Of a DNA stretch of 64,000 nucleotides, positions 32,396-48,141 are shown one piece after another. The DNA is taken from NCBI GenBank assembly GCA_963693365.1, contig CAVNZM010000003.1:2923106-2987105 (forward strand), in the 5' to 3' direction. Source of the stretch: Amoebidium appalachense. Lineage: Eukaryota; Protista; Ichthyosporea. A program made the translations under genes and the position numbers. How positions within the stretch are numbered: position 1 is the stretch's first letter; each line of letters opens with the position of its first letter. The notes under the pieces were generated by a model. The model did no database searches, was not told where the DNA came from, and saw only the letters and a list, made by a program, of their open reading frames with translations.

Positions 32396-33752
32396 GCATG
32401 TTCCAGGAGCCATACGACGTGTCTGCAAGTCCACGAGCAAGACGTTATAGAAGTTAGACAGTATTGATACAAACATATTCCGGAATACGATATTATGGGA
32501 CAAGTGGTTTTGCTGTGGTTTGGGTCACGTAAAGATCTCATAGCTGAGCAGTCCCCAACGTGCAGAAAAACACATATTCCGGAATATGTTAATCGGCCTA
32601 TTGCAAACCCAGTTTTGTGCATTCTCAACCATACATGCCCGTGCTATGGACCAGAAAAACTGATACACTTATTGGTGTCAAGAGAACCAACCCAACCCCA
32701 CCCCAATCCCAACCACCATCTACTCGAGCTAGTAGAGACAAAAGCCCTAAAACATAACATAACACAACATAACACAAAAAAAAAAAAAACACAAGCCCGT
32801 TCGTTCGTTTGTTCGTTCCATGAGCATGTAAAAATATGTCAAGATAAAATGTGGCTGAAGGACAGGAAGCCGTTTATTCATTCAATCATTCATTCATTCT
32901 TTACTTTCACTGAACGACGAGTGAATTCTTTAGAACATGTGTTGTAATACAAATATTGATGCAAATGAATACAAATTTATATATACCCACAGGGTATAAC
33001 GTGATGGTCATTCGAGCAAACATCATGGTCATTGCAGCTGTTGTTGTCGTCATTTGGGGCGCAAGCGCTTTGCAATCGGCTAGAAAAACATACTAAGCGG
33101 CAAAGGTGGGGGTGGGCTGTCGGCATCATACTCAGCGTCTACACGGTGGGTTGCATGGTGTTGAGTGCTTTCCTGAATGATATCAGGTTCTCGGACACCA
33201 TGTTCTTGACCTATGTTTGTGTGTGTGCGTGTGCGCGTGTGTGCGTGGGTGTGCGTGTGCGTGTGCGTGTGCGTGTGCGTGTGCGTGTGTGCGTGTGCGA
33301 TAGATTGTTAGCAGACATATTTTCAACAAAAGTCAAAAAAATTTCCTAGAATATCCTTTTCACCATCCGTAAAACCATTCATCTTCCGGTCGCATTCTTC
33401 CAGTCCTGCGATATAAAGACCCGTGCTTTTCAATGTGGCGAATTGAGTTATACAATCTGTATGTGGACAACAAGTTGTCAAGGCGTAAGGCAATGCATGG
33501 TTCGTTGATAGCACGTAGCATCCTTTTCACCGTGTCGCGTGTTTTTGACCAATTTTTGGTATAGGTGTAAAATCGGTACGCCTTTGATTTTCGATCAGAA
33601 GCGCATCAATGATACGATACCTATGGATTGGATACACACTTTGTGTATTGCCAGTCATATCTTTGGGCAGACGTCCTTTATATCTACATGTATTAGAGGG
33701 GAATAAGGGAATGGTTCATAGTTTTCCCTAGCTCAACTCCCAAAAGACGCCC

Positions 33753-33791
<39 letters not shown>

Positions 33792-34330
33792 AATTGAAAA
33801 TGTTATGATACGAGACCCTGAGACGAGTAAATCTACTCACATATGATGTGACAGCTTCTACGTATTTCTGTATAACAGGCTCACCTTTAACTGCCTCAGA
33901 GTCGCTGATCGTGCCGCCGTCTGTGGCCTTGGGAGGTGGTGGCAGATTTGGATCTGGAGATGGGAAGGGAATGGGGTTAGATGAAAGAAACTCGATGCTG
34001 CTTACTTAACAGCCCTTCCGTCCCCATCCCCACCCCCACCCCCCCCCCCCCTCTTTCGTTCCACAAAAACAAAAACAGAAACAGAAACAGAAAACAAAAG
34101 GGAAATTTTAGGGTTTTTTTTTTTTTTTTAGGGGTTTTTTTTTTTGGATACCAAACGTGCAAGGACATACCAGTCATGATGGGTAGCAGAGTATACACCC
34201 TTGATTCATGTACTGATACAAAAAACAAAGTGGTCACCAAATGTAAAATAAAATTTATCCGATGTAATAGTTTTGGTCTCCCTATGTCCCTATCTCCCTC
34301 TCTCTCTCTCAGAGTCTCTCTTTCTGTGAT

Positions 34331-35600
<1,270 letters not shown>

Positions 35601-36352
35601 GCGGGGGAAGGGGGGGGGGGGGGGGGATACCTTCTGCACCAGACAAAGTCTGTTGTGGAGTGTCGCTTTCACGCGATGACTGCAGGTAGGCCTCCCGCAG
35701 GAGGTTAACAGGAGGGGGTCGTGTATTAGCCAGGTACAACTCGAAACCCATTGGGTTCCGATCTGGTTCGGGCATGACCCCGGATGGTGGCTGACGGACA
35801 CAAGGCCTGGCCTTAGCAGCCACTCTTTCGTCTGTGTGCAGGGGGGTATCAGGGTGTTCATGCCTCCCGGTTGATGGAGGGGAAGGAGGAGTTTTGACGG
35901 ATGGATCCGCGTCTGTGAGCCACATGTTTCTGTCAGTTGATGTTGATGTATTACACCGAAAATAAAATGCCAGGAATCATGATGAAGATATTGACGTGGT
36001 AACGAATAGAACTAGACATGACCACCAACATCATTACGAAACTAAAAATAGGCCATAGTTTACCTGTATACGGTTTTTCCACACACACCGTCTCATTTTG
36101 TATGTGTAGTGTCACGAGTGTATGCATGCTCTGGGAAGATGAGACTCCATCTCACAGTTTGTAACCTGATGCCTACAAACGATGCAGGAAAATAAAATCT
36201 CTTCTTAAGTTTCAAGCATGTGACCCTCTCACACACATCGGTTGATAGGTATTTGTTATGTTTGGGTTGTGGGAGGGGGGAGGGGGGATACGGGAGGGGG
36301 GATGTTCTTTTTTTAGTTCGGAGTTCAGCACTTCCGCTTATTTTCTTTTGGT

Positions 36353-36387
<35 letters not shown>

Positions 36388-36723
36388 CTACGTTGTGGCA
36401 CAGGACCAGTGGGCTGAGGTGAGGCAGCAGTCGACGAGGGCGGTTTCACCCTGCTGTTGTCATTGTGGGTAGTACTGCCGGCTGTGCCTTGGGATTGTTG
36501 TGTGGCCCGGGTAGTGAACTGGATTTGTTTCTCCTCGTCCACGGGTTCCTCCTCAGATTCTGTTTCAGTGAATAGTCAGACAAAGACGAAAATACAAAAT
36601 ATTTGCCTTATCCTACACGTATGTGCTTTATCATACACTAAACTAACGAATTCTGTCAAACCCGGCAAAGAAAATTACACTGGAACATGGATGCTTGACT
36701 GCCAGGTCCATCAGATTCTATAA

Positions 36724-37167
36724 TCAAGGCATGACATGTGGCAAAGTGTGATAGAATATTGACCACGGTATATCTTGCCATGGGGCTTGTTTCTTCAATA
36801 TCTCATGGACATTGTGATCCCAGTGGCACACCTGGGGTGAACCGTTGGGCTTGCTGCCTATAACTGAGAGACCGGAAATCTTGAGATTGCATGGTAGGCC
36901 GTTGTCTCCCAGAAAATGCCTGATTTCATCATACCAAGTTTTTAACAGAGGGTCTTTCGGGGTCAGAGGAACAGAGAAACGCGTCCCATCGTTATCGTGG
37001 ACGTCAACCGTATCGTTCACCAAAATCGTTTGAGCAATGTGGTTGCTAGCCAGCCTTCGCACGTGTTTGATTGATTTTTCTGTTAATTGAATGTGCCCGC
37101 GGAATACAAAAAGGTTCCTCTCCAGGTCCTCCTGCCATCCGACCTGAGTGACCCCGCACCAGCACAA
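36724..37167 (-). pseudogene. Possible 2OG-Fe(II) dioxygenase (PhyH-like) exon in the cargo
   Basis: SVIGSKPNGSPQVCHWD resembles the S.PG...Q..HxD motif; a VIFFAG segment follows after stops. Confidence 0.4.
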
Positions 37168-39880
37168 ACCCCTAATGTGAGAAGGTACCTTTGTGTTCAG
37201 TCGGTCTTACGTAGCTCAAAGTTAGGGGCACACATGCATCGATACCATACATTGTCAAGCAAACGGATAGCCTACTCAGAGTAAAGCGGTACCTGCGACC
37301 GAAACAGGGAGTGGTGGTAAGACGCAATGCATACCTGTTTAGGGGTTATGATGTAGGAATCTGCGTCCTCTTCTAGAGGCATCATGCTGTCCAAGTCTGC
37401 AGTAAGCGGCGACACCCCACGTAGTGTTTCGCCACCGGGCCCTACGGGCCCTGAGGCCCTACCCCGTAAGTTCGGCATGTCGACACTGCTTGTTGGAAAG
37501 ACAGTGTTCTGAACAGCTAGCGTGTGCGTTAAAATGTGCTCGTGCATTTGGAATGCGACCGCCTTTTGTTTGGTGAGTGTCGGACCCAAAAGGTGATCCC
37601 GCAATAAGATCACGAGGTTTGCTTGTGTCATATGCATGAACAACCGCGCGCGCGGGTCACGCAATGTTTGTACATGTTATCTAAAGGGAGTTCGTAGAAA
37701 TCTTCTATAACTACGTATGTACAATTCAAACCCAAGTGGGGTGGATGGGTGTAATGTGTGTATTGTTTTGGGAGGGTGGAAGGGGAGGGGGGAAGGGGGG
37801 GGGGGGGGGGGGGGGGGCGTTTGTATGTACATGTGGACTTTGAGAGTCCCGCATGCCAGGTCGACCGGCCCAAAGATGTTGATAACATGTGTTTTGTGTG
37901 ATCTCCTAATTAGAGGACGCCCCGACTGAATAGAGAGAGCACTCCGTCAATCATGTGCGGGCCGTGTCAGGCGAACATTCCTTGGCACTGCTTGAGTTTC
38001 TTATGTTTTTATCCAATCGTTAGAGGTCCGCGTCATGCGGGCATTCCACAACTTGCGACCACACAGATGTATGGACTTCGGATTAAAAGTATGTATAATT
38101 GAAAGTAAATGTTGCTATGTAATAGCACTCTATGTCATAGTACTAGCGGGAGAAGGAAACGTGGTCCTTCAACAATAGGGATATCACTAATTTGATTTTG
38201 TATGGTGCGGGGGGGAAAGGGGGGGGGGGGGGGGGGGGGGGGGGCTTTCACAGCGACGCGAGCCGACTGGGCGCGTTATGATGGTGACGTGGGCTCTGGT
38301 AGTCCGCCGGAGACTCTGCTTGATGTGGAAACGTGCGTGCAAAGTAATAGTCCAATCGGAAAAAGCCCGCGGCACACGAACATTCTATATGGAAGTGCAT
38401 CAGGCAAACATTCCAGATAGCGGGTTTGCCAATCAAATTTGATAACGGGGCATAAAAATCATTATAACGGGACATAAGAAAAATGGCCCACAATTTATGC
38501 GCTCCATTCACTTATGCGCTCCATAACGGGCCATAAAAAATATTTTAACGGGACATAAGAAAAATGACACACAATTTATGCGCTCCATTCAAGGTATCGC
38601 GTGCGCTGTGTTTATATGTGGGGGGGGCTGGATTGCCATGACATTGCGAGGACACAGGTGTATGGACTTCGTTGTTGAATGGATTAAAATTATGTAGAAT
38701 GGAAAGTAAATGTTGCTATGTAATAGTACTCTATGTAAAAGTACTAGCGGGACGAGGAAACATGGTCCTTAAACAATAGGAAGATCATTGGGGAGGGGGG
38801 GGGGGGGGAGGGGGGAGGCTTTTCACAGGGACGCCAGCCGGCGAGACGCGTTATCATGGTGCAGGGGACTCTGGTAATCCACCGTAGATTCTGGTTCATG
38901 TGGAAACATGTTGTAATCTTGCGTGTAGAGTAACAGCCCAATCGAAAGAAGCCCGCAGCACGCGAACATTCCATATGGAAGAGCATCAGGCAAACATTCG
39001 AGATAGCGGGTTTGCCAATCAAATTTGATAACTGGGCATAAAAATCAATTTATGCCGGTCACACCACTTTGGATGGCGTGTGTGTTCAAGATGTCGCGTG
39101 CACTGTCTTTATATGTAACATTGCAACATTGCGATGGCACGTACGAGTGTGGGTGGAAGCGTGTGAGCGAATGTGCATGTTCGTGTTCGTGTGTGTGTGT
39201 GTGTGTGTGTGGGCTGGTGTACACATGTGTACATGGTTTTGTGTGTGTATGTGTGTTGGGTGTTGGGGTGTGTGCGTGTGTGTGTGTGTGTGGGGGGTAC
39301 GTCCGTCCAAAGGCCATACATTTTTTGGGAGGGGGGGGAGGGGGGAGGGGGGAGGGGGGGGGGGGATTGCGAGGGAGATTGTGGATACCGTTAACACAAT
39401 TGTCATTGCATCCACGCACGACGCTCGCATACGTAGTGCCCGTGCAGACTATCTGGAGGCCGCCGATGAACTTCAGGCTTACCTGCAGCTAGGAATGATT
39501 GCACAGTGCTCTAGGTTGTACTGAATCGTTTAGTGTTGGATGTTGGTTTTGGACTTCACGAAATGGTCTGTTGGTATATAATGGCTTGGGTGCTCCCTGT
39601 TCTTTATGTTTTCACTGTACCACCATATCTTTGTGGAAAGGCGATTTGTGTTACTAGGTTTCGGATTTACATTGCATTCCCATTACTAAATAGCGGTTGG
39701 CCTGTTTTACAAACGTAACCTGTGCTGATGCCCACTTGTAGTGTTGGGTGCCAGGTGTGATAAGTATTTGCAGGACAATGTCAAGCCATTCACGCCCGTA
39801 TTGAAAATAAAAAGAAAACTCATGTGAACACATTCTGTGGCTCGATCCAAGGTCCCCCCCCCCCCCCCCCCCTTCTCCCT

Positions 39881-39920
<40 letters not shown>

Positions 39921-40334
39921 ACGCCCACCCCCGGCCCAGTCTGACAGTGAAGCTAGACTGGCACTGTTTCCTAATGGGGCACATTGTAACACGTTTGAGA
40001 CAAGAGTGCTTCTAACAAAACACCAATGCAGTGTGGTACACCCCGTGCAGCAAGCTTTTCCCATAAGAGACCAGGGGAGACAGAATCGTAAGAAGTTTTC
40101 CGTTCAATAAAACCAACATATCCGTATTGAAAATAAAAAGGAAACTCATGTGAGCACATTCTGTGGTTCGATCCAAGGTTCCCCCCCCCCACACTTCCTC
40201 CCCTGCTCCCTCCAGGGTCTCATCGATTCCTACAGTCTCCTCCTCAAGTTCTCTCTCTCCTCTCTCTCTCTCTCTCTTTCTGTCTCAGAGTCTCTCTTCC
40301 TTTCTCCCTCCATCTCTCTCTCTCTCTCTCTCTC

Positions 40335-40376
<42 letters not shown>

Positions 40377-40398
40377 TTATATATACATATGGCGGTAT

Positions 40399-40450
<52 letters not shown>

Positions 40451-41931
40451 CATATGGCGGTATATATATATATATATAGTGTATATATCATATATATATT
40501 TATATATCTACCCATCTCTCTCTCAAGCTCTCTCTCACACACACACACTCTCTCTCTCAGTCTCTCTCTCGCTCTCTCCCCCCCCTCCCCCCCCCCCCCC
40601 CCTCTCCCTCTCCATCTCCCTCTCTCACTCTTTCTCCGTCTCCCCCTCCCCCTCTCCCTCCCTCATTCTTTCTCTGTCTCCCCCTCTCCCTTGCGTCTCT
40701 CTCTCTCTCTCTCTCATCCCTTTCTCCGTCAGCCTTAGAGTCCGAGGCTCTCCCCGCCCCTCCCCCCCTCCCCTCCCCCCCCCCCCCCCCCTTCCTAGGA
40801 GTCCCCAGGCCAAAGCTCTATCAAGTCCTCTGGTCACGGCCCTTGGCCAGTCCAAGTCTCCCTCCCTCAGTATCTCATTTCCCCCCCTCCTTCCCTCTCC
40901 CTCCCAGTCTCTCTCGAAGTTCACTTTCCCCCCCCCTCTCCCCTTTCCCTCCCGCCCTCTCTCAGAGTCCCTTCCTCCCATCCTCAGGTCTCCCTTCGAT
41001 TCCCTCAAAGCCTTCTCTCTTCTCCCTCCCTTCTCCCCCCCCCCCCCCCCCCCCCCATATCGTGTGTTTACACTGAGGCGAAATATTTTTGTATAATGTA
41101 CATGTGGCGTACAGTATGCACCCGGGCCCCATATGTACACACAGTAGATGACGACTGATCAAGGTTGTACGTTAATGTTTGCGTACTCCCAAAGTTTACG
41201 CTCGATAACCTCATGAGACTTGGCGGCCCCGGGCCACTCGATCGACGACCATGTACATGTCCGGCATATGCTAACTCCGATTTTCGGTGCACGTGCGCCA
41301 GCACCATTAAGTCGTATGATACTGCTGCGTTCCTATTGGACATACCATATTCCTCGAAATGACACCTGATCACGCGTGTTTAGATGTCGATCGCGGACTA
41401 CCAGAGCCCGGAGAACGAGGTGATTTATGCTAACGCTGCTAAACCAAGATCGTTCCGTAACCCGGTTTCGTCTTGCGGTAGAGATCATACACACCCCCCC
41501 CCCCCCCCCCTCTCCCCCCCACGCCCCCCCTCCCCTCCCCTCCCCCCCCCCCCCCCCCCCCCCCCCCCCCGCCGGGCCCCTGAACAACGCAAACTATCAC
41601 AGGCGCATACTGTCAATATTTTTGTGTAATGTACATGCGGCGTACAGTATGCACCCCGTATGTACACACGGTAGATGACGACTGATCAAGGTTGTACGTT
41701 AATGTTTGCGTACTTTCAAAGTTTACCCTCGATATCAACCTCACGAGACGCCGCCATAAAAGAACCATGTTGAACAGCGAATGAGGGAGAATTCCTATTG
41801 GCGCATGCAGTACAATGCATGTCATATAAAAGCGGGATACACTCACGACCGCGCCACAATCAGACATGTGTTGTAGTACATTGTGTACAGTGGTCCTTGG
41901 GTGAGTACCATGATATAGCCTAATCAACGCA

Positions 41932-42255
41932 ATGGCTTTAAGTTTGGCGAACGTGCAAAGGGTGGTGCTCAAGCCCGCCAGGAAGTACTCGGGTCAGAAA
42001 CGACCTCCCGGTGCACAGACAACACGCACGAAAAGGCGAGACACAGCCCTTTCTGACGAAAACATAGAGTTGGCCGCATCGACCCGAACTCCAAGGTGTT
42101 GCTCAAAGGGCAGATGTTTGGAATTGCACCCGTACTCGATTGACCAGGTTCGGGAGTCACGAACACTTTTATTTGAGATGTACAGCCTGGCCGAAAGGAG
42201 AGTAAAACTGTGGGAGCTGGCTACAGCCCTAACACACGGGGATCGTTTGATCTAA
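41932..42255 (+). CDS. Cargo ORF/exon with CCxKxRCL..R motif (possibly a transposase N-terminus)
   Basis: Upstream ATTGG and TATAAAA boxes (~41797, ~41825); RCCSKGRCL...IDQVRESR. Confidence 0.3.
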   Translation: MALSLANVQRVVLKPARKYSGQKRPPGAQTTRTKRRDTALSDENIELAASTRTPRCCSKGRCLELHPYSIDQVRESRTLLFEMYSLAERRVKLWELATALTHGDRLI

Positions 42256-42988
42256 CAAGAACCCTAGAATTCATACACCGAAAGAGAGAGTTGGCCCAGG
42301 CTGGAGGAGCAGAACCAAAACAGGTACACACGCACACACACACACACACACGCACACACACGCACACACACACGCACACGCACACGCACACACACGCACA
42401 TACACACAACACACACACGTAGACACAAACACACACTCGCATACATTTGCAAATAGTTAGGAAGACTATTGAACAAATGAACTCATTGAAGGACATGATT
42501 TGCATGACTTGTGTAAGGCCAATACCGTCCTAGAACCGGCAACCCCCCCCCCCCCCCCTCTCTCTCTCTCCCCCCCCCCCCCCCCCCCCCCCCCCCCTTC
42601 CTTCAAACACACAAACACCCTCATACACACAACGTGACCCACCCTGCCCTGGTATGTGCTGTTAGGCCTAGGTACGGTTGCACGATGACATGGTCAATTT
42701 TATAGAAGTTTGCATGACGCGCATTTCCCCTTTAATAACTAACCAATACATACCAAACAGGTGGCTGTCGAGCCAGAGCCGATTGAGGATCCGCTGCCCA
42801 GCTTGCGGCAGGACAAGCCCTTCAAAGCACCATGCTCAGGGGCGTACCGGGGCCCTGGGAAACGGGCACGCTTGGCAGAGTGGAAGAATCCAAGCCCGTA
42901 CTCAAACGCCAAGAAGGGTGAAATTGTTCTCATAATTGTCAACCCCACCGACAGTTACAACCCCGAGGCCATCCCCGAACCGGCGAAG

Positions 42989-43037
<49 letters not shown>

Positions 43038-43174
43038 ACCCCCCCCCCCCCCCCCCCCCCCCCCCACAAACCCCCTTCCCCCCCACCCTCACCCCCCCCT
43101 CTCCCCTTCTTTCTCCCCCCTCCCCCCTTTCTCCTGCCTTTCTCAAACCCCCCCCCCCCCCCCCCCCTCCCCCC

Positions 43175-43213
<39 letters not shown>

Positions 43214-43773
43214 ACCGTGACCCGCCCATATTCACTTTAAACCCCTACACCCTCATACACACACCGTACCCGTCCTACTTCCATTCTCCCACTCTCCTCC
43301 CCTTGTATCCTTCGAGATCACTTCCTTCAACATGATTGAAGCAGAATCCGTTAACATATCGGCTGTTACTGTATACTTTACTATGGTAACTGTTGTGGAG
43401 TTCTGTTCCATAAATAGATGTGGAGACTGCATCGACTTTAGTACTAAGATTTAAAACCTTCCTCCCCCCCCCCCCCCCCCCCCCCCACCACCACCACCAC
43501 CCCCACCCCCCACCCCCCCCCCCCTTCTCCACCCCCTTTCCCCCCTCAACTCTCTCCTCAACCCTCAACACCCCTAGACATACATGCACTTAAAATTATG
43601 CCCGGCACGAGTCACAAGTCTCACAAACACCTTCAAGGTGTCTTCTCAGTCCACATCGTCATTCAATAGACCCGCAAACCGCTGGACTTTGTTATGGCCC
43701 AAAATCATGGAAACACACCCTAGAATCCTGTACTCGTTTACTTGTATGTTGTGTCTGTATTCTCCCCCCCCCC

Positions 43774-43805
<32 letters not shown>

Positions 43806-44191
43806 ATACCCACATCCCATCCCACCACCCACCAACACTAACCCTTCATTATGTGTGTTTCTCTCAGCGACAATCTGTCTCTCCTACAAATAGTCTACCC
43901 CATTAGCAAACCCTTCATGCTATCTCATAATATGTCAAACAGTTCCTCACGGCCAATCCCCCCTCCCCCCCCCCCCCCCCCCCCCCATCCCCACCCCACC
44001 CCCACCCCCTCCACCACGCACACCCCCACACATCCCCACACACACGCACATGCGCAAAAACACTATACCGTATAGGTGCACCAGCCGTAGACGAATCCCC
44101 TGAGGAGCAGGATGGTGCAGACTCACCCGATTCAGGTGAGGACCCCCCCCCCCCCCCCCCCAAAAAAAAAAAAAAAAAAAAAATAAAGAAT

Positions 44192-44222
<31 letters not shown>

Positions 44223-44498
44223 GAACAAAAGCAAAACAAAACAAATAAATAAAAGAAAACCATAACCCTATAATCCATTTCCTGACTTTCTTGCTTCTTG
44301 ATCTTGCAAAAAGGTAAAATGAACACGATTGAATGACAGGAGTGTAACTTGCTTAGGCCAATACCATCCCCGAACTGACAACCCATATTTGATCAACCCA
44401 AAACAATACGTTTCCGAGCTTTAAAGCAGATAATTTAAACATGTACACAGAGACAGACGTCCACACATGCACATGCACATGCACATGAACACGCACAT

Positions 44499-44572
<74 letters not shown>

Positions 44573-44653
44573 AAACACAAACCAGCACACGGCCAATGAC
44601 ATGCACGGGTGCCCCCCCCCCCCCCCCCCCCCCCACAAACATGGCATACCCCC

Positions 44654-44689
<36 letters not shown>

Positions 44690-45262
44690 ACACACACATC
44701 AGACCACCACAAACACCACAACCACCACCACCTCCACATTTCCTATGGGCATGGGCAGAAAAACGACAATGGTGATAAAATTTTCGACTTGAAAGAAGTT
44801 ACAAACTCCTTCTGAGGCTTCCCCACCCACACCAACAAAATCATTTCGAATCATTATCTGAGCATTGGCTCTGAACTCGGACTGACATTCACAATGCAGA
44901 CATCAACAGCGCAGAGAGCAATAGCAACAACGACAACATCAAGAACCCCGGCAGTGTGGCCAGCAAATCAGATGGTGACACCAACAGTCTCCAAAACGAC
45001 GTGTCAAGTGATTTAGAAAACGAACCGCTCGTGATGTCAAAGACGGGTACGTATCTCGACTGGCATTATTCCATAGCCTGTTTCCATAGCCTGTTTGTGG
45101 TGATGCTAAACGGGCTTTTGGGAGACAAATGTCTATGCCATTTTCTGTGCAGTGTATGTGCATTTGCATGTCCGAGTGAAATAGGGAGATTCGGAGATAG
45201 GGAGGTAGGGCTAAGAGGGAGAGAGAGAGACGGGGGGAGGGGGAGGGGGGGGGGGGGGGGGG

Positions 45263-45329
<67 letters not shown>

Positions 45330-46854
45330 GGGGGGAGAGAGCGACAGCGAGTGAGAGGGGGAGAAGAGATGATGATAGAGAGGGAGATAGAGATAGAGAT
45401 AGACAGCAAGAGAGAGAGTGACAGAGAGAAAGCTTGTGTGAGTGTGTGTGTGAAATTCATGAAGCACGTATGCAGGAATTTTTGAGGGTTGGTTGTAACT
45501 AAAGTTGTATCGTTACCCATCAGGACAAACACACAAGCGCCGAGCATCTACGGAGGTGTCAGTCCCCGCAAAACGACCAAGGGTACCCATATACAGCATC
45601 AAGAAAAAAATACCATCCTTCGGAAACCCTCGCAAGGGATAGTAATATTCTGTATGGTGTCTGTTATAACTCGAATGACCGTCAATAGACCTTCACACGA
45701 ATGCGTATGGTATTGCTATCCTTGGAATGAAATCGTAATTGGCATACTTCGTTATAGCAAACTGCCTCCACGGTGTAGATATGTTGACTTACGACAAAGA
45801 GTCCTGGCCTCTCCATTGTGTTAAACGACCTTATATGAATGAGAGATTCTTCTTGTTATGAATATATTTCGGCAACGGACACCCTGGAAATTTCGTAGTA
45901 TGTCTTAATTAAATGTTGGAGTACTCGTGTGTGTTGTGTTGTCTGTTTTCTTTCGATGAATTCAAACGGTCCCAGTGTACTTCATATACAAAACCACCCC
46001 GTACTTTCAAAGTCTGGTCGATATTTTGAGCATTTACAATATGTGGTTGATTAGTATGTTCTGCTCTAGGAAATGGACTCTCAGAATCCATGAAGTCTGT
46101 TTTTCTTTCTACTTATGAGTGCGTTACGATGGTGTCTGCAGGGAGAAGTAGACTCTCAGAGTCCAGGGAATGAGTTTTACCTTCTTCATATGAGTGCATT
46201 TTGATGGTGTCTTGCAGGGGGGATTAGACTCTCAGAGTCCCCTGACCATGATTTTATATTCCATAGACGTTCGTTCTGAGTCCGTTATCCATTTCTCTTC
46301 TGCTTGTCCCAATCTCCAGACACATGTTTTCCCTTCTTATTTTCAGGTGTTGGTTCGTGAAATTTGGCACACTGCATGGTCTTCCTGGTAACCCTGTAAG
46401 CACAAATAGGCGCGCGGCAAGCATGTAAGCATGTGTTAGCTCATGTATGATCTATCGAAAACGGTAAACCACAGGCCTGTCTGCCGATTTTGCTTGTATC
46501 TAAGCCGGCTAGAATAATTCTCCGGTTCCCTGTGTACATATATGAAATCGGTCCATTTAATAAGATTGGAAGGCAGGTGTGTTCTGCCGGCAGTGCCGGC
46601 AGGGTTTTGGTTTAAACCTGAGATGAGCTATAATGACAGCGTTCGACTGGTGTTTCCTTCCCTTCCCTTCCCTTTGCATCTTGCCTCCGTGTTTGCCGAT
46701 TGCCTTTTGACATCAGTAAATCATTCCCATTTCATGGGAAGTTGCACCTACCGGTCCTAGCATTTTACTATACAGACAACTATATAGATAGGCTGTTGTG
46801 GATTACCCAACATTGTAAAGTTATCAATTTCTCCCATTATGTGTTAGTAGTTTT

Positions 46855-48139
46855 CATAGACTTCTACGAAAACGAGACGGACGAGGCAAGACACGCCACC
46901 CTTTGGCCCTACACCCCAACCATGGAGGCCGTCATATCATCAAACACGTACCCCCTCAACAACAACTACGCCTACAACAAGAAGGGCATCAGCAGGGTCT
47001 TACCGTTCATGACGTACGACATTGTCATGGGCACCGTGCCCCGGGGGGAGCCGCTGCAGCAGCACATTGCCGGCAAGCTCACCGCCAACCTAGACAGCAG
47101 CCAGCTGTACGAGCTCAACCAGGTCGTCGTCGAGAAGGCCGAGTACCTGCACGACGTGCCCATCATCAACACAGAGGTTGACCACACGGACCTGCACGAC
47201 ACCAACAACGACTGGCACATGGACTACATCAACGAGGACAACCCCGACCTGCCCGGGGGCGGAAAGTTCCCCTACGACGACAAGGTTCTCACAAACTGGA
47301 TAAAGAGCAGGGTGTGGGCACAGGAGCAAGAGACCATATCGGGCACAACCAAGACACGGTACTTCAGGCCGGGCCTCCTGCACTTCTCCAACAGGGGTTC
47401 CAACGACTACACCACCACACGCATGGGCTACGTGAAACTTGACCACAAGGTCCACTACAAGTTTCCCAGCGTCATGTTTCAATACGAAACCACCGTCAGC
47501 GCCGTCGGTGATTTGGGGGGGACCAACAAGAGCGTGTATTCGGGCCCCAAAGGGTCACTACCCCACCCGGAAATGGAGCTCACGTACAGGGTGACAAGCC
47601 GGGTGCTACGTCTAAACTACAACGAAGCCGTTTCCCCCGACCCCTGGGACGAGGTGGACCAGCTATGGGAACCGGTGGGCTCGGCCCTCAAACAGTACCT
47701 CAACACCATACGTGCACACATGCCCAACGGAAAGGTGCCACAGAGCATGCAGGAAAACGACCTGTGGTTTATGGTGAGGCCTAGGGAGATCAACTTTGTG
47801 CCCGTGCTAAGAGACTTCGTCGAAGAGGAAACGTTCAAACCAAGCCCGTTGGACATTGTGGAGAGTGTGATGGACTTGATGGGGGTCATACCTGTGGTCG
47901 GCGATGCCGTGTCTGCCGTGGGCAAGGGGGCATGCAAACTCGCACAGAGGTACGGAGGTAAGCTAGGCACGGGCATTGGCAAGATGGGCAAGAGGAAGGC
48001 ACGCCGGGCCGCCACCGACTACGACAACTACGCCGCCGAGGTCGAGGCCTGGAAGAACAACCAGGGTAAGTACGGACCCGACCACAACGTCGTGGATGTG
48101 GGTGACTGGGACAACGGGCCAAAATGGACCATGCCCTAA
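46855..48139 (+). pseudogene. 3' part of the interrupted fibre-family gene
   Basis: Viral codon style resumes at 46855, in frame with 28628. C-terminal LDIVESVMDLMGVIPVVGDAV helix. Confidence 0.8.
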
Positions 48140-48141
48140 AA

